This document shows, piece after piece, positions 53,196 through 64,000 of a stretch of 64,000 bases of DNA. The notes under the pieces are model-generated. The model had not been told where the DNA came from and ran no database searches. It saw only the letters and a program-made list of their open reading frames with translations. The stretch is from assembly GCF_009834535.1 (NCBI RefSeq), contig NC_045712.1, positions 39,060,001 through 39,124,000 of the forward strand, in the 5' to 3' direction. The stretch comes from Camelus ferus (taxonomy: Eukaryota). The translations under genes were made by a program, and so were the position numbers. Numbering within the stretch: the first letter of the stretch is position 1; every line of letters begins with the position of its first letter.

Positions 53196-56075
53196 AAGAA
53201 AGGAAAAGGACTTAGTTAGGCACAGAGAAGCTATTCTTTGAATTTGATATTTGATGTTGTCCAGATGCCCCCCTTTTGACCTCTTTCTTTGCTCTGGGGT
53301 TACTATTGGCATTTGCATTTTTTGCTCCATTTCCTCTTAGATTATCCTGCTTTTCCTTCTGTTTATCTTTGCGGCTCCTCGTGCATCCTTTTTTTATTCA
53401 GCTGGTTTTGTCTTCCAACCGTCAAAGCACTTGGTCTCAAACCCTTCCTGGGGGTGGCCACAGCCCGGAGGCCTGTGCTCCCAGCCAGCGTTCCCTTTTG
53501 GGGAGCTCTGTTGGAAGATACCCTCCCTCACAAAGGCTGGCCTCTCTGAATGGCAGGGGGCCTGGGGGTTGGGGGCCCTCAGAGCCCTCCCACCTCAGCT
53601 GCCGGTGGCCGTCACTGGCCACGCGTGCTCGGCCAAGCCCTCCTCCTGCAGCTCATCCGTGTTGGGCCGGGGAGGCACACAGGCTGGAAGAGCAGGTGAG
53701 GTGCAAATGGATCTGACTCAGACTCTGCCGTTAGGATGCAGCCCTGCAGCCAGTTCCACTCACTGTTCTCTGAAGAAACCTCTGTTGATGGTCACAAACA
53801 GATTCACTTTTAAATGTTGCCACACGAGATGGCAAACAAGGAACCAAAAAGTGCGTGTGTTCTTGGGGAGAGAAGACTCTCTGTCCATCTGCTCCCGTGT
53901 CCTCTTTTATAGACACACATGGGTAGAGAGAAGGAGAAAGTAGGATGAGAAGAAACAAGAAACGAAAAGTTGAGCGTTTAAGAGCACCAACAGAAGTTGC
54001 CTCCTGCCATTTGCAGATTGTTGTATTCACAAGTACAGGCTTTTTTTTTTAACGGCTCTACCACAGTGAAGATTTTGTTTGAGATCATAGGGCACATAAT
54101 ATTCATCATTCAAACAAGGCAGAGAATAAAGACAATTGTTTGCTATTTGTATGGTATCTTTCATTTGATCAAAAGAGTACTCTTTCCATGACCGAGAAGT
54201 GATGCCCAGCCAGCGCTGTGGGATGAGCGGTCCATTCAGAGCGCTGGAGTGCACTCTAGAACAGGCTGGCGAGCAGGACGGGGCTTGGAAGCAGCTGGTC
54301 TGATGCTCGGGAGATGGACTGTTCCCAGCCACTGTTTGTGGTCATACCAGGGACGGTGGGAAACCACCAGGAGTCTGGGCAGCCGTCTCTTATGGCCTCC
54401 TTTCTACATCCTCAGGAAACTCCTGCACCCGTGTTTCTGGCTGGCCACGTGACCCACCCCTCCTAGGGCTCCTTCAGCTTCCCTTTAGATAAATGTATGT
54501 ATGTGTACTTGATTAGAGGGTGATTATGCGGCAACAGTTGGGGTCATCGTGGGAGGGCAGAGTGGGTTCAATTTTCGTTCACGTTTGCTTATGTGAGTTT
54601 TTCCATCCCTGGCTCCAGGGATCTTATCTAAGCCATCAAACGTCAGCTTGTGACAGCCCAGGTTCCCCTGTTATTTGGACTTGTCACTAAAAAAGACACA
54701 CCTCCGTCTTCCCTCTGCTACTTGGGTCTGTCCTGTCTACAGACTCAGGGTGCTCCAGTCAGACAGCGTCCCTGTAGAGAGGGAAAAACGAAGTTCTCGT
54801 GAGTTAATTACACCTTAACATGGCAGCAGTCTCGGGAAGAAATGGCTGGTTAGCTCGTTACTAATCCCCTTGAAGCTCACTTTTCCGAGAAACAGTAACT
54901 CAAAGATGCAGTTGTTCCCAAGCTCTGCAGTGCAGACTGGGGCATCTTCCATGGGCCTCCGTTGGACCTGAAACCATCTGCTTGTCTGCAGCCCAAGAAT
55001 AAATTTTCCACCATTCTGAGCACCATGGCAATGGCAGCTCTCCAGAGAGAGCGGCAGCTCGACCTGAGCTTGGCGGAAGTGCTCCTGCTGGCCTGCTCCT
55101 CGAGCCACTTCAAGTTCATTTCCACTGATTTGGTTTGGGAACAAAGAGCCAAAGAAAAATATAATGTCTTTTCGAAATTGAGCTCCACTCCCCTGCTAGG
55201 TTCCCAAGCTTCCAGAGGATTAATTCTCCATTAATCTGCCTCCACCAAGGACCCACTTGCATTCGGACACCCACAGTCATTAGTCCTCTGCTGGAGGATG
55301 GTTGTCAAAATCAGTCTGATTGGCCTTTGAAGGAATATAAATAAAATGGGGAGGCAAGTTTCTCTTCCAGGAAAATTACCAGACAGAAAGGCGGTATTAA
55401 GTATGGCACCAGAGTGGGCTGTGTCTCCCCTTGATTAACGGAGCATCCAGTACATTCTGGATTAACATCTTAGTCATGCTGTATTTACGCCCGGTTTTCC
55501 ATAACCGGCTCCCTTTCAGCATGACTCCACGTAAGGGTAATAGCAAATCAAAACACTTGTTGCCGAAGGCTATAGACATGATGGCTGAGGTAATCATTGG
55601 TTTTCAGTACACACACCAAAAAAGTGTACACATCCAGCAATTTGCTGAAGAACCTCATCATGCTGACGAAGAACTTTTTTAAAAGATAAACCAGTGAGGA
55701 AGGTGTTCGCTTCTGCTGGCCATGTTCCCAGAGCTGCAGTCATTTACTCAAGACTTCCCAGAGAACAATTATTCTTCAAACCCCTTGCAATCATATTCTC
55801 CACCTGGAAACAGTCACAGAACACATCTTTTTTTTTTCTTCCAACAAATATAGCACTGTTGTACTCAAACTGTATTTTCTCATGCAACTGAATGCCGTGG
55901 GCCAGCATAGATTTTTCAGAGCATTCAGTTGATGAGGCTAGTGGAGTGGAATAAGCTTGGTAACGTTAGCTTCTTGCTAGTTACATAAATGGCACCCTGA
56001 CCGAAAAGGCACACTGTGTTTTCTGATGGTTTTCAAGAGCACATCAGAAACAGTTTACTATGCTGCAGGTTTGGA

Positions 56076-56109
<34 letters not shown>

Positions 56110-56513
56110 GGAAAATATGAACAAGGAAGGACTCAGAATATTGTAGTCATAGAAGGTTCCATCACAATCTAGGGAATGGAATTCAAGTAGCGTTGCCTTG
56201 CAGAATCAGATACGGGGCCAGCAAGGAGAGATTAATATTTTAAGATCAGTATTTAAAATGACAGTAACAGAAAATGTTTAAAATTACTTACAGGGAATCT
56301 TTTTGCAGCAACTTCTGACTAAAATGCTTTGAAAAACAAAACTTGTGCAACATCCTTTTCCCTTTGTTTTACCTTTCTCTCAGTTTATGTTAAATATGGT
56401 AGATTTTGTGAGGCAGGAAAAAGATAACCTCACAGAATGTAATACATGTTCAAATGTAATGTAGAAAGTTGTAAAAAAAAAAAAAAAAGTCAACTCCCCT
56501 TAAAGACATTTAG

Positions 56514-56707
56514 GTTTTTTTTTTTTTTACATTTTTTTATTGAGTTATAGTCATTTTGCAATGTTGTGTCAAATTCCAGTGTAGAGCACAATTTTTCAGT
56601 TATACATGAACATACGTATATTCATTGTCACATTGTTTTTTCGCTGTGAGCTCCCACAAGATCTTGTATTTATTTCTCTGTGCTATACGGTATAATCTTG
56701 TTTATCT
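56514..56707 (-). mobile_element. Young camelid L1 3' end (about 190 bp, 5'-truncated) with poly(A) and TSD
   Basis: ttttattgagttatagtcattttgcaatgttgtgtcaaattccagtgtagagcac...cttgtttatct. AGACATTTAG is duplicated at 56504-56513 and 56708-56717. Confidence 0.9.
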
Positions 56708-57250
56708 AGACATTTAGTTTTGATAGTGCTTTTTCAGTCCAGTATTTTGTTAGCATGACATTCACCTGAGTGTACAATACAAATTAGGTGAGTTAGCTGC
56801 TTTTTATCTTACAATTTAGTAATGTAATTTATGGATGTTCTTGAATGGGTTTTTTTCATTGTAATTGTTTTGTATGTTAAAATTAACTGGTAAAATTTGT
56901 TCCACTTCCCTGCAGTAATTAATTAAAAGTCACATGAGCTACATTGTATATCTGGGGAAACAGGATTCTGAAAGATACAGGTGCTCGGCTGCAAAGGAAG
57001 TCAGACTAGGACTTCGTTTTTTTCCTGATGGCCTTGGCCCCACAGACTTCTCCATTTCCAGTCCTCTTCCGAGGATGCTGGCTGTCTGACTGGGCAGTGG
57101 CGGTGGTAATGTATGTGCTTAAATCAGCATCACCAGATACTGGTGAATAGTTCATAGCTAAGATAACTTGAAGGCTAGAAAAGACTGGTGTTGAACAGGT
57201 ACTGTAACCAGTCAGAAAATATCTAGAGCTTTAGAACTCTTAGGCTGTGA

Positions 57251-57278
57251 CCGTGTGTCTAGAATCCGTGTGTCTAGA
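57251..57278. repeat. 13-bp direct repeat CCGTGTGTCTAGA with period 15
   Basis: 57251-57263 = 57266-57278. Confidence 0.95.
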
Positions 57279-57389
57279 GCTGGCAGGAGGGTGACCCAGT
57301 CCTGCACCCGGGGAGGGGTGCTCACGGCGGTCTGTCCGGTGAGCGAGGTCAGCCAGCACCACGCCTCCGAGGTCACAGACCACTGGTCT

Positions 57390-57460
57390 GACTCACTCAT
57401 TCAGCAGACACTTTGTGCCCCTTTGTTGCGCCATAAACACGGCAGTGAGTCAAACACAGG
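57390..57460 (-). mobile_element. L2 3' tail fragment
   Basis: actcactcattcagcagacactttg. Confidence 0.5.
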
Positions 57461-58049
57461 GCAGTAAGAGAGGCATGGATTTGGACATGATACATATTTG
57501 GTGAAACCACAAGTGCTGGTTATAAATCTCCACTTGCCAGACCCTTAAATTATACCTTTGAACTCCTCAAAGGGGCAAGCACTTAGGTTGAAAACCAAAC
57601 CTGTTTTCAAAATCACAGTGTATCTTGCTGGTTTCCCTTATATCTCTGTTTTCATTTGGTGCTTTGCAAAGTACGGAAATGATCATTCTGAGGATTATAA
57701 TAATAGAACAAAAACCTATAATATATATTTAATAAATAAATCATGTTAATAAATCTGTTTTTAGAAGAACTGAGATTCTTCTTTGACATCGTTGGAAATG
57801 TAACTCTCTCTGGTCAAGAACTGCTCAGTACAGTAACAAGCAGTGTTTTTAGGTTTCCTTTGCTCCGGTTAGGAATTCAGGTCCCTAACTGGTGATTTTA
57901 AATGGTGTCTGGATGTTGCTGGGAGTTTGAGTAGGAGTGTATGGAGGAGGTGTCGACGGGCTCCCCGCTCACCCTGCGCTGCCCCCGCGCCCTCCATCCC
58001 TCCTCTCGCACACCCCGTACACCCCCCGCACCACGGCTTGCCCTCCCAC

Positions 58050-58330
58050 ACGTGGGTGTAACTCCCTGTTATGCTCCTGCTCAAAATACTCCAGCATCTC
58101 CACGTGCTTCAGGAGAAGCCCCGGTCCTCGCCCTGGCTGGGTTTCGGCCTCACCTCCCCACTAAGCCCCTCTCGCCAGCCGCCCAGAGCTGCGCCCTGAC
58201 CCTAGGACAGCACGCCCTTCAGCCTCTGCACGATCTGTCCACTCTGCTGGCTCCCCATGTCCCCTGTCTTCCTGGCAGCGTCTCCTGCTTGTTGAAGACT
58301 CTTCTCGTGGACACGTGTCCTGCCCCTGGT
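58050..58330 (+). mobile_element. L2 fragment, GC/CpG-rich
   Basis: tgttatgctcctgctcaaaatactccagc...cccttcagcctctgcacgatctgtccactctg matches L2 consensus phrases. Confidence 0.6.
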
Positions 58331-58639
58331 ACAGTCTGGTTTACACATCTGCGTCCTGGAATAGGCCACAACCAGAGCGTGGCTTGTTTGTGTTTTCCTA
58401 GTGCCCAGCTGTGGTGGGTGTGCCTCTGAGAGGGATGTTAGAGCCCTTGGCCTGGTGAGCCCACATGTGTGTACACATTCCCAAAGGTGGTGCTTGGGGC
58501 CGTACCGTCGTCCTAGTGAACCATCCGCAAGGCCAGAGAGGCGTGCGGTGCGGGGAGAAATGTTTTGTTGGGGGTTAGAACCCCTGCAGTCAGTTTGGCA
58601 GTCTCCTTGGGTCAAGGGACCTTAACCAGCCTTCTCGGG

Positions 58640-58750
58640 GTTTCTGAAGCTGAGGCCTGGGTGCCGGTCTGAACTCCGGTATGGAGGAGCCGTGCAGGCT
58701 TGGGCAAGTCTCCCAACCTTGGCCTCTGTGTCTTCATCACTGAACTGATG
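58640..58750 (+). mobile_element. MIR SINE (diverged)
   Basis: gcttgggcaagtctcccaaccttggcctctgtgtcttcatcactgaa. Confidence 0.6.
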
Positions 58751-59293
58751 ACCAGCTGATCCCACATGGCTGCACAGAACCTCTTCTTATGGAAACTCAG
58801 CATCCACACTGTGGGGTGGGGTGACCCACGGGGCTCCTCCCTTAGAGGTGCAAACGACAGTCACACGATCCCCTGCACCACAGTGTACAAATGTCTGTGG
58901 TTCTTCCCTGAGACAGGGACAGACTGGGGATGTTGTCAATGGAATCTAGTGGTCACTTCGCCCTTTTTCCCCTGCGGGTCACTGGGGGACATAGTAAGCA
59001 GCAGTTTGCTTTGGGGAGAGACGTACTGCGCCCCATTTTCCAAGTGCATTCTACATATTTTAACCGTCATGAACCAGGTGCCACACGATTCGTCACGCAA
59101 GCCCTTCAGTGCCATTAATGACTGACGTTCCTACAGCTGTGACGCGTGTGCGAGACACAGCCCTCCTAGTACCAGTACTTCTCAGCAGAGCAGCGTGACT
59201 CGTTTCAAAATGAGCAGTACACAGGTGGTGAGAGCTCCTATTTTGCCTCTGAGATTTCATTATTGCTCACAACATTTAAAAACTGGCTTCTCA

Positions 59294-59361
59294 TACAACA
59301 TTGTAAAATGACTATAACTCAATTTTAAAAATGTAAAAAATAACAATAATTGAAAAAAAAA
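59294..59361 (+). mobile_element. Extremely 5'-truncated young L1 insertion (68 bp) with a 16-bp perfect TSD
   Basis: AAAAACTGGCTTCTCA at 59278-59293 and 59362-59377, preceded by TTT (L1 endonuclease site TT/AAAA). The insert tacaacattgtaaaatgactataactcaat matches the reverse complement of the 56.5-kb L1 3' end at 28/30 nt, followed by an A-rich tail. Confidence 0.93.
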
Positions 59362-59600
59362 AAAAACTGGCTTCTCAAAATGTGGCCCCGATCAGGTGTA
59401 ACCGAGCCTCCCGGTGATCTGCGGCTGAGCGGAATGCGGTGAGCGGCCGCACTGGCCCAGCATGTGCCTGGGTCTCTCCGTCTTGTTTCCAGGCGGTGCG
59501 GGCTCTCACTCCCCTGGGACCGCGTGCAGACGTGACCCCGCGGGAGCCCTACGTCCTCCGGCCCCCGGACCCAGTCTCTGTCTAGATGCCTGTTTCGAAG

Positions 59601-59619
59601 GTGCCAGAAGGTGGCACTG
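59601..59619 (+). promoter_or_regulatory. Candidate CTCF binding site in a CpG-rich patch
   Basis: GTGCCAGAAGGTGGCACTG fits the CTCF core CCASNAGRKGGCRS. Motif only; no occupancy data. Confidence 0.5.
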
Positions 59620-60504
59620 AGTGGTGGCCCTGGCAGATGAGATGGCTGCGTCTCTGTAACCGTGACGGTGGCCAGCCTGCCTCTCTGCTGACGGGGCCCT
59701 GCGCCACTGTGATGATTTCTTTTCTTTTTCCCTCCTTTTCCACAGTACATTGTCAAGGAGTGGTGAAAATGGTTTCACCGTAACTGCTGTGCCACTTGAA
59801 GTCAGTCAGAAGAAAATTGTTCTTCTTTTCAGGCCTGAAGAAGTAGGTTATTATCTTTGACAAAGTAGCTGATGACAATATAGCAATATCAGATAAATCT
59901 GCCAGTAATTAGGCAATGATAGGTACACATTTTAGGTTGAAATTCTCGCTCTTTGGGAAAACCCTATAGATGAAAAAGTGGTAAGGAATAGTTTGCCAAT
60001 TTCTCATAAATTAACAGAAAGCCTTGAATCTTGAGAAACCCTAACACAGCAGGGTCGCAGAAGGCCCGTGGGACTTGCTGGGTCGAGGTGACCGATCTCA
60101 TGTCACATCTGCCTCCTCCCTGTAAACTGCTTCAAGAGCCCACGGTCCCTCGTACAATGAAGATACAGTGTCCTGTGTACCCCAGGACTCCTCCACGTGG
60201 GACTGTTTGGAACGCCAGTGTTTAGAGTTCCCCAAAGGGTAGAGTTTCTTAAAAGCGGAAGCCACCAACATACTGCACATCCAGGAACAGCTGGCCAGAA
60301 GAGCCAGGCAACACACAGGAGTTTGAAACTTGCCTAAGACTGAAAGGACAGTTTGCACATGAAAACTATGGCCCAGATTTGAAACAGTTTCTGAATCTTC
60401 ATTTATTTAAAACCATGACAAGTTTGGAGATCATTTCTGCTTGACTGTTGCATGTATTCAGAACATCAAGACCATGGCAAGGATAGCTTCTGCCTTGGGT
60501 ACCA

Positions 60505-61207
60505 AGGTTGTTTCTTAGTGTTCTGTAACCTTGAGCACAAACTTAGTGGCTTAAGACAACACAGGTTTATCACCTCACAGTTTCTGTGGGTCAGGTCGGG
60601 ACACAGCTTGACTGGGTCCCCTGCTCAAGTCTGCAGTCAAGATGGCAGCCAGGGCTTTGGGCTCATCGGAGCTCAAGTGGAGAAGGTCTGGTTCAAGTTT
60701 CCTGAGGTTCACAGAATTCCCCTCCAGTGGCAGTGAGGCTGTGAAGTCCCTGTTTACTTGCTGGCTGGCTGCCGGGGGCCGTCTGGGCTCCTGGGGGCCG
60801 CCCATGGTTCCCTCCCACGTAGCCCTCCCCATAGGCCTTGCACAGCGTGGCAGCTGGCTGCTTCAAGGTTGGCAATGAAGAGCTTCTTTGCTCAGAGTCT
60901 CTGACCTTGGGGGCAGCCCGAGCCCTCTTTTAAAGGGCTCTCAGCTTGTGAAGTCCGGCTCACTCAACATGGTCTCCCTTCTGGTTAACGTGACGTCAGT
61001 GGATCAGGAATATCATTTCTATCCACAAAAGCTTCACCTTGGTTGCGCCATGTAACTGTCATAGGAGTGACGTCCCATCGCCTTTGCCATGTTCTCTGGA
61101 TTAAAACAAGTCCCAGCTTCCACTCACACTCAAGGAGAGGAGATTGGCTCAGGTGTGGACACCAGGAGATGGGAACCTAGCATATCGCCCAGGGGATGCC
61201 CACCACA
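60505..61207 (-). mobile_element. MLT1E-like ERVL-MaLR LTR
   Basis: cacaaacttagtggcttaagacaacacaggtttatcacctcacagtttctgtgggtcagg...ttttaaagggctc...ggagtgacgtcccatcgcctttgccat...tgcccaccaca. Confidence 0.85.
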
Positions 61208-64000
61208 GACACTCATTGAGTATTTATTGGGTTAAAAGATTGCTCTATAAGCCAGTTATTTGTGATGCAGGACACAGGTTCTCATAAGAATGTGATCATT
61301 TGTGGTTGTTTATAGGTAAGCTGGCCCAGCCTATTCACAACAAGGCGGGGCTAATCTAGAATGTTACCGTGTGGTTTACCGTGGGTTTGGAACAAGACAG
61401 GGATGTGCAGTACAGGAGACATGCTTCTTGCCTCTCCTGGAGCACAGGGTCCTCCCGGCCACCAGCCCCCCACCACGCCTGCTGCAGTCCTGCGGGGTGA
61501 TGGTCACATCTGCTGCTCCGCTTCCCGCACACCTGGAGCAGCCCAGTGTTGTGCTGACATGAACATCTTACCATCGCCCCCACACAGGCCCAGCCCAGCC
61601 CCAGTCCCCTCTGTGCCCAGGTGAGCTTCTTCTGCTCCCCCAGTCAAAGCCATTCCCCTCAGGAAGGCTCATCTCACCAGGTGTTTGACGGAGAGGGAAT
61701 AGCGTGGACGCATCACATGCAGAGGAACACTCACTCCATGGCTCCTGTCTGACATCTGATGCTGAGTGTTGCTCAGTTCACTGCAGCACTGGAGTTCTCT
61801 GTGTACAGCTGAGAACCGGGGCTCTGCCCTGGGCAGGGTCCCGCCTCTGTTGAACACTCGCTGTTTGCAGGTTTGGGTATTCAGGGATGGGGCAGCGAGT
61901 GGAGGAAGGAATACGCCAACCATGGGCTCGAACCCTGAGCAGGGTGAACTAGGAGCTTAGCAGATCCCCCCTCGGAAGGGAGGACAGAGGCGGCTTGTTT
62001 AATCCTGGGTTGGTGTGGAAGGTGGTAGTTTGCCATGAGGCAGAAAGAGTGTCAGCCGTGGCAGGATGCTTCCTGAAAAATGTCCTTCTGATTTGCCTGG
62101 GGCAGAGCTGAAGTCCACCGTCGACTGCAGATGAGGTCTGGGTGATCTGCTGATTTGTTTAGAGCATTTGCTTCCCACTTGAGATGTCAGCTGTCTGTCT
62201 ATCTTCAGTGAGGACACCGAGGTGTATTTGTAAATCAGCTTGAAGAGAAGACATGTAACTCGAGTCACTTGTCCCACCTCGGCACTCACCCTCAGGCTGG
62301 CCAGTAGTCCCCAGGGGTGGTGGCTGGTGGGGCGCCACGTTGACGGGGCCAGGATGGGGGGCAGCTGTGGGATGGAGGGCACAGGCGGGGGAGGGCTCTG
62401 GAAAGGACCAGGACCCCCTTAGCCTCCTGCAGGCTGATGGTGTTTCTGCAGCACACGGAGTGAGGGCTGCTGGGGAGGCGACTGCCTGCCTGGAGGCGAG
62501 GGCATCGGTGCACCAGTAACCAGTTCACGCTGGAGCCCCTGGAGCTGACATAAAGCTTTAAAACATGCAAAGTAATAGTGTGTACCACATAGGGGTGATA
62601 CATCTGGGGGAAGGGAAATGCATGGGAATGATAAACACTGAGTCCAGGGGAGTGGTCCCCTCTGGGGGTGGAGAGTAGAGGATGCCAACCAGAGGGGCTG
62701 CCCCGGCAGGATCGGTTGTATCAGCAGTGTGCCTTTCTTAGAGAAGTAGGGCGGATTACATGGCATTCTTTCCAATTCAGTGTCTTTGTGAAATATGTCA
62801 TCATTTTTAATAGGAAGAGTAATACTTTATAGGTTTATGAGAATTAAATTTGGGGGGTTATATTTATTTAAGGGAAACTAACAAGGGAGCAGGTGCACCC
62901 CGGGGTGCATCTCTCGTTCTGTGGCTGCCAAGCCGAGGGAGGGGCCTGCAGGGGTGCTGGCAGCTCGGTGCCTGCGGTGCTGTGTGCACTCCGGGCTCGG
63001 CCACCTCTGTCTCAGAGCCCGACGTCCTCCTTGGGGAGGCCGGTGCTGGTGCCAACTTCTTAGAGCCACTGTGTGGTTTAAAAAGAAAGAGCAGTGCCCG
63101 AGGCTGGCACTTACCACAGAGTGAACGTCGGTTAAACCTGCCTCTGAAAGTGCGATGGCTTTTGGACGCCTCTAAGAATGCAAGGGAGAGGTTAGGAAAT
63201 ATAGGAAGATGTTTGTATATATCTTATTTATTGTATGTATTACACGCGCACTGAACATTTTTACTTTTATGGGAAGGACTCCATTCTGTAATTAGAACAA
63301 AACAGCAATCATCCCAATTTCAATTCGCTGATTTTTCCGCCCTGATGGAAACCGCCTGCGATGTTTGGTAACAGTCCATTTTGCCCGAAACAAATTGAAC
63401 TGTGAAAATGCTGGTCTGCAAGATGATTGAACAAATCAAAAACATGTGTAAACGGCCAGAGTTTAAAAAATTCACAAGACAGTCTAACAGCAGAAGCCCT
63501 TTAACAAAAGAAGTGCATTTTGAAGGGTATTTGTGGTATATTTTTGTGTTTGCTTTTTTCTCCTTTTTAAAAAATTTAATGTATGTTTACTCAGAGAGAT
63601 TTAATGACAGAACTTCAGTCTAAGGGGGAACCTGAAATTATAGAGTATTTTCCTTTGTTTTTTTGAAATGAAACTGTTCTCCTTTGGATTGTGAATGTGA
63701 TGGAAGCTGCGTGTTTGAGAATGCAGTTCCTTCACAAACGCTGCGGCCAGCATGTCTTACTCAGGAAAAATACTACAGAAACTACAAAAAAAAAAAAAAA
63801 ATCAGTCAGACAAAGATTTTGTTTTGATCAAACAAGACCTCTCAGTGCAGTCTTTAAAAACCTACGACTGCTAAGTACTGACTAGGTATTAAAAATACTT
63901 ACATACGTGTACTTTTTCCCAGAAGACAGAGGCAAGCTTAAGTCCATCATGAAAGATGACTAAGGAAAAGAAAAAAGTTCTTGACAGACCGTGGACTTGA

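Noticed and set aside
53431-53943. 170-aa ORF
   Set aside because: GC-rich stop-poor sequence giving overlapping ORFs on both strands; composition (P/G/S/C/W) is typical of non-coding GC-rich DNA.
53158-56110. Processed pseudogene bounded by poly(T) runs (53158-53193, about 56081-56108)
   Set aside because: No TTTATT next to either run, no TSD pair, and no recognisable coding sequence.
57941-58429. 162-aa Pro-rich ORF
   Set aside because: Overlaps a C-rich tract and an L2 fragment; spurious.
59815-59840. Strong acceptor ttcttcttttcag|GCCTGA as an alternative terminal exon (would end ...LKQQA*)
   Set aside because: No good downstream donor, and no canonical poly(A) signal seen nearby. Pyrimidine-AG sites are frequent.
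62894-62909. 16-bp perfect palindrome TGCACCCCGGGGTGCA
   Set aside because: About one 8+8 palindrome is expected by chance in 64 kb (64000/4^8); no supporting context.

Overview
Mammalian genomic DNA, very likely camelid: it carries two tRNA-derived Vic-1-like SINEs and camelid-type L1 3' ends. The window lies inside ANO10 (anoctamin-10/TMEM16K) on the + strand. Only one coding exon is present, the 117-bp phase 0/0 penultimate exon at 40815-40931 ([39 protein letters not shown], about human residues 600-638). I could not find the preceding exon or the last exon. The rest is intron, rich in old L1, L2, MIR, MLT1, MER21, MER58 and ERV LTR fragments and a few young insertions with target-site duplications (TSDs). 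Five N-runs all fall inside L1 3' regions, and the four that can be checked have about the length of the missing L1 sequence. I found no convincing novel gene or multi-gene system. The best leads are two candidate in-frame microexons downstream of the ANO10 exon, a CpG-rich patch with a strong CTCF motif, a promoter-like motif cluster in the upstream intron, inverted SINE and L1 pairs, two young L1 insertions usable as markers, and two hairpin/palindrome elements. Repeat family names and most repeat boundaries come from recalled consensus sequences read by eye and are approximate. No database search was run.
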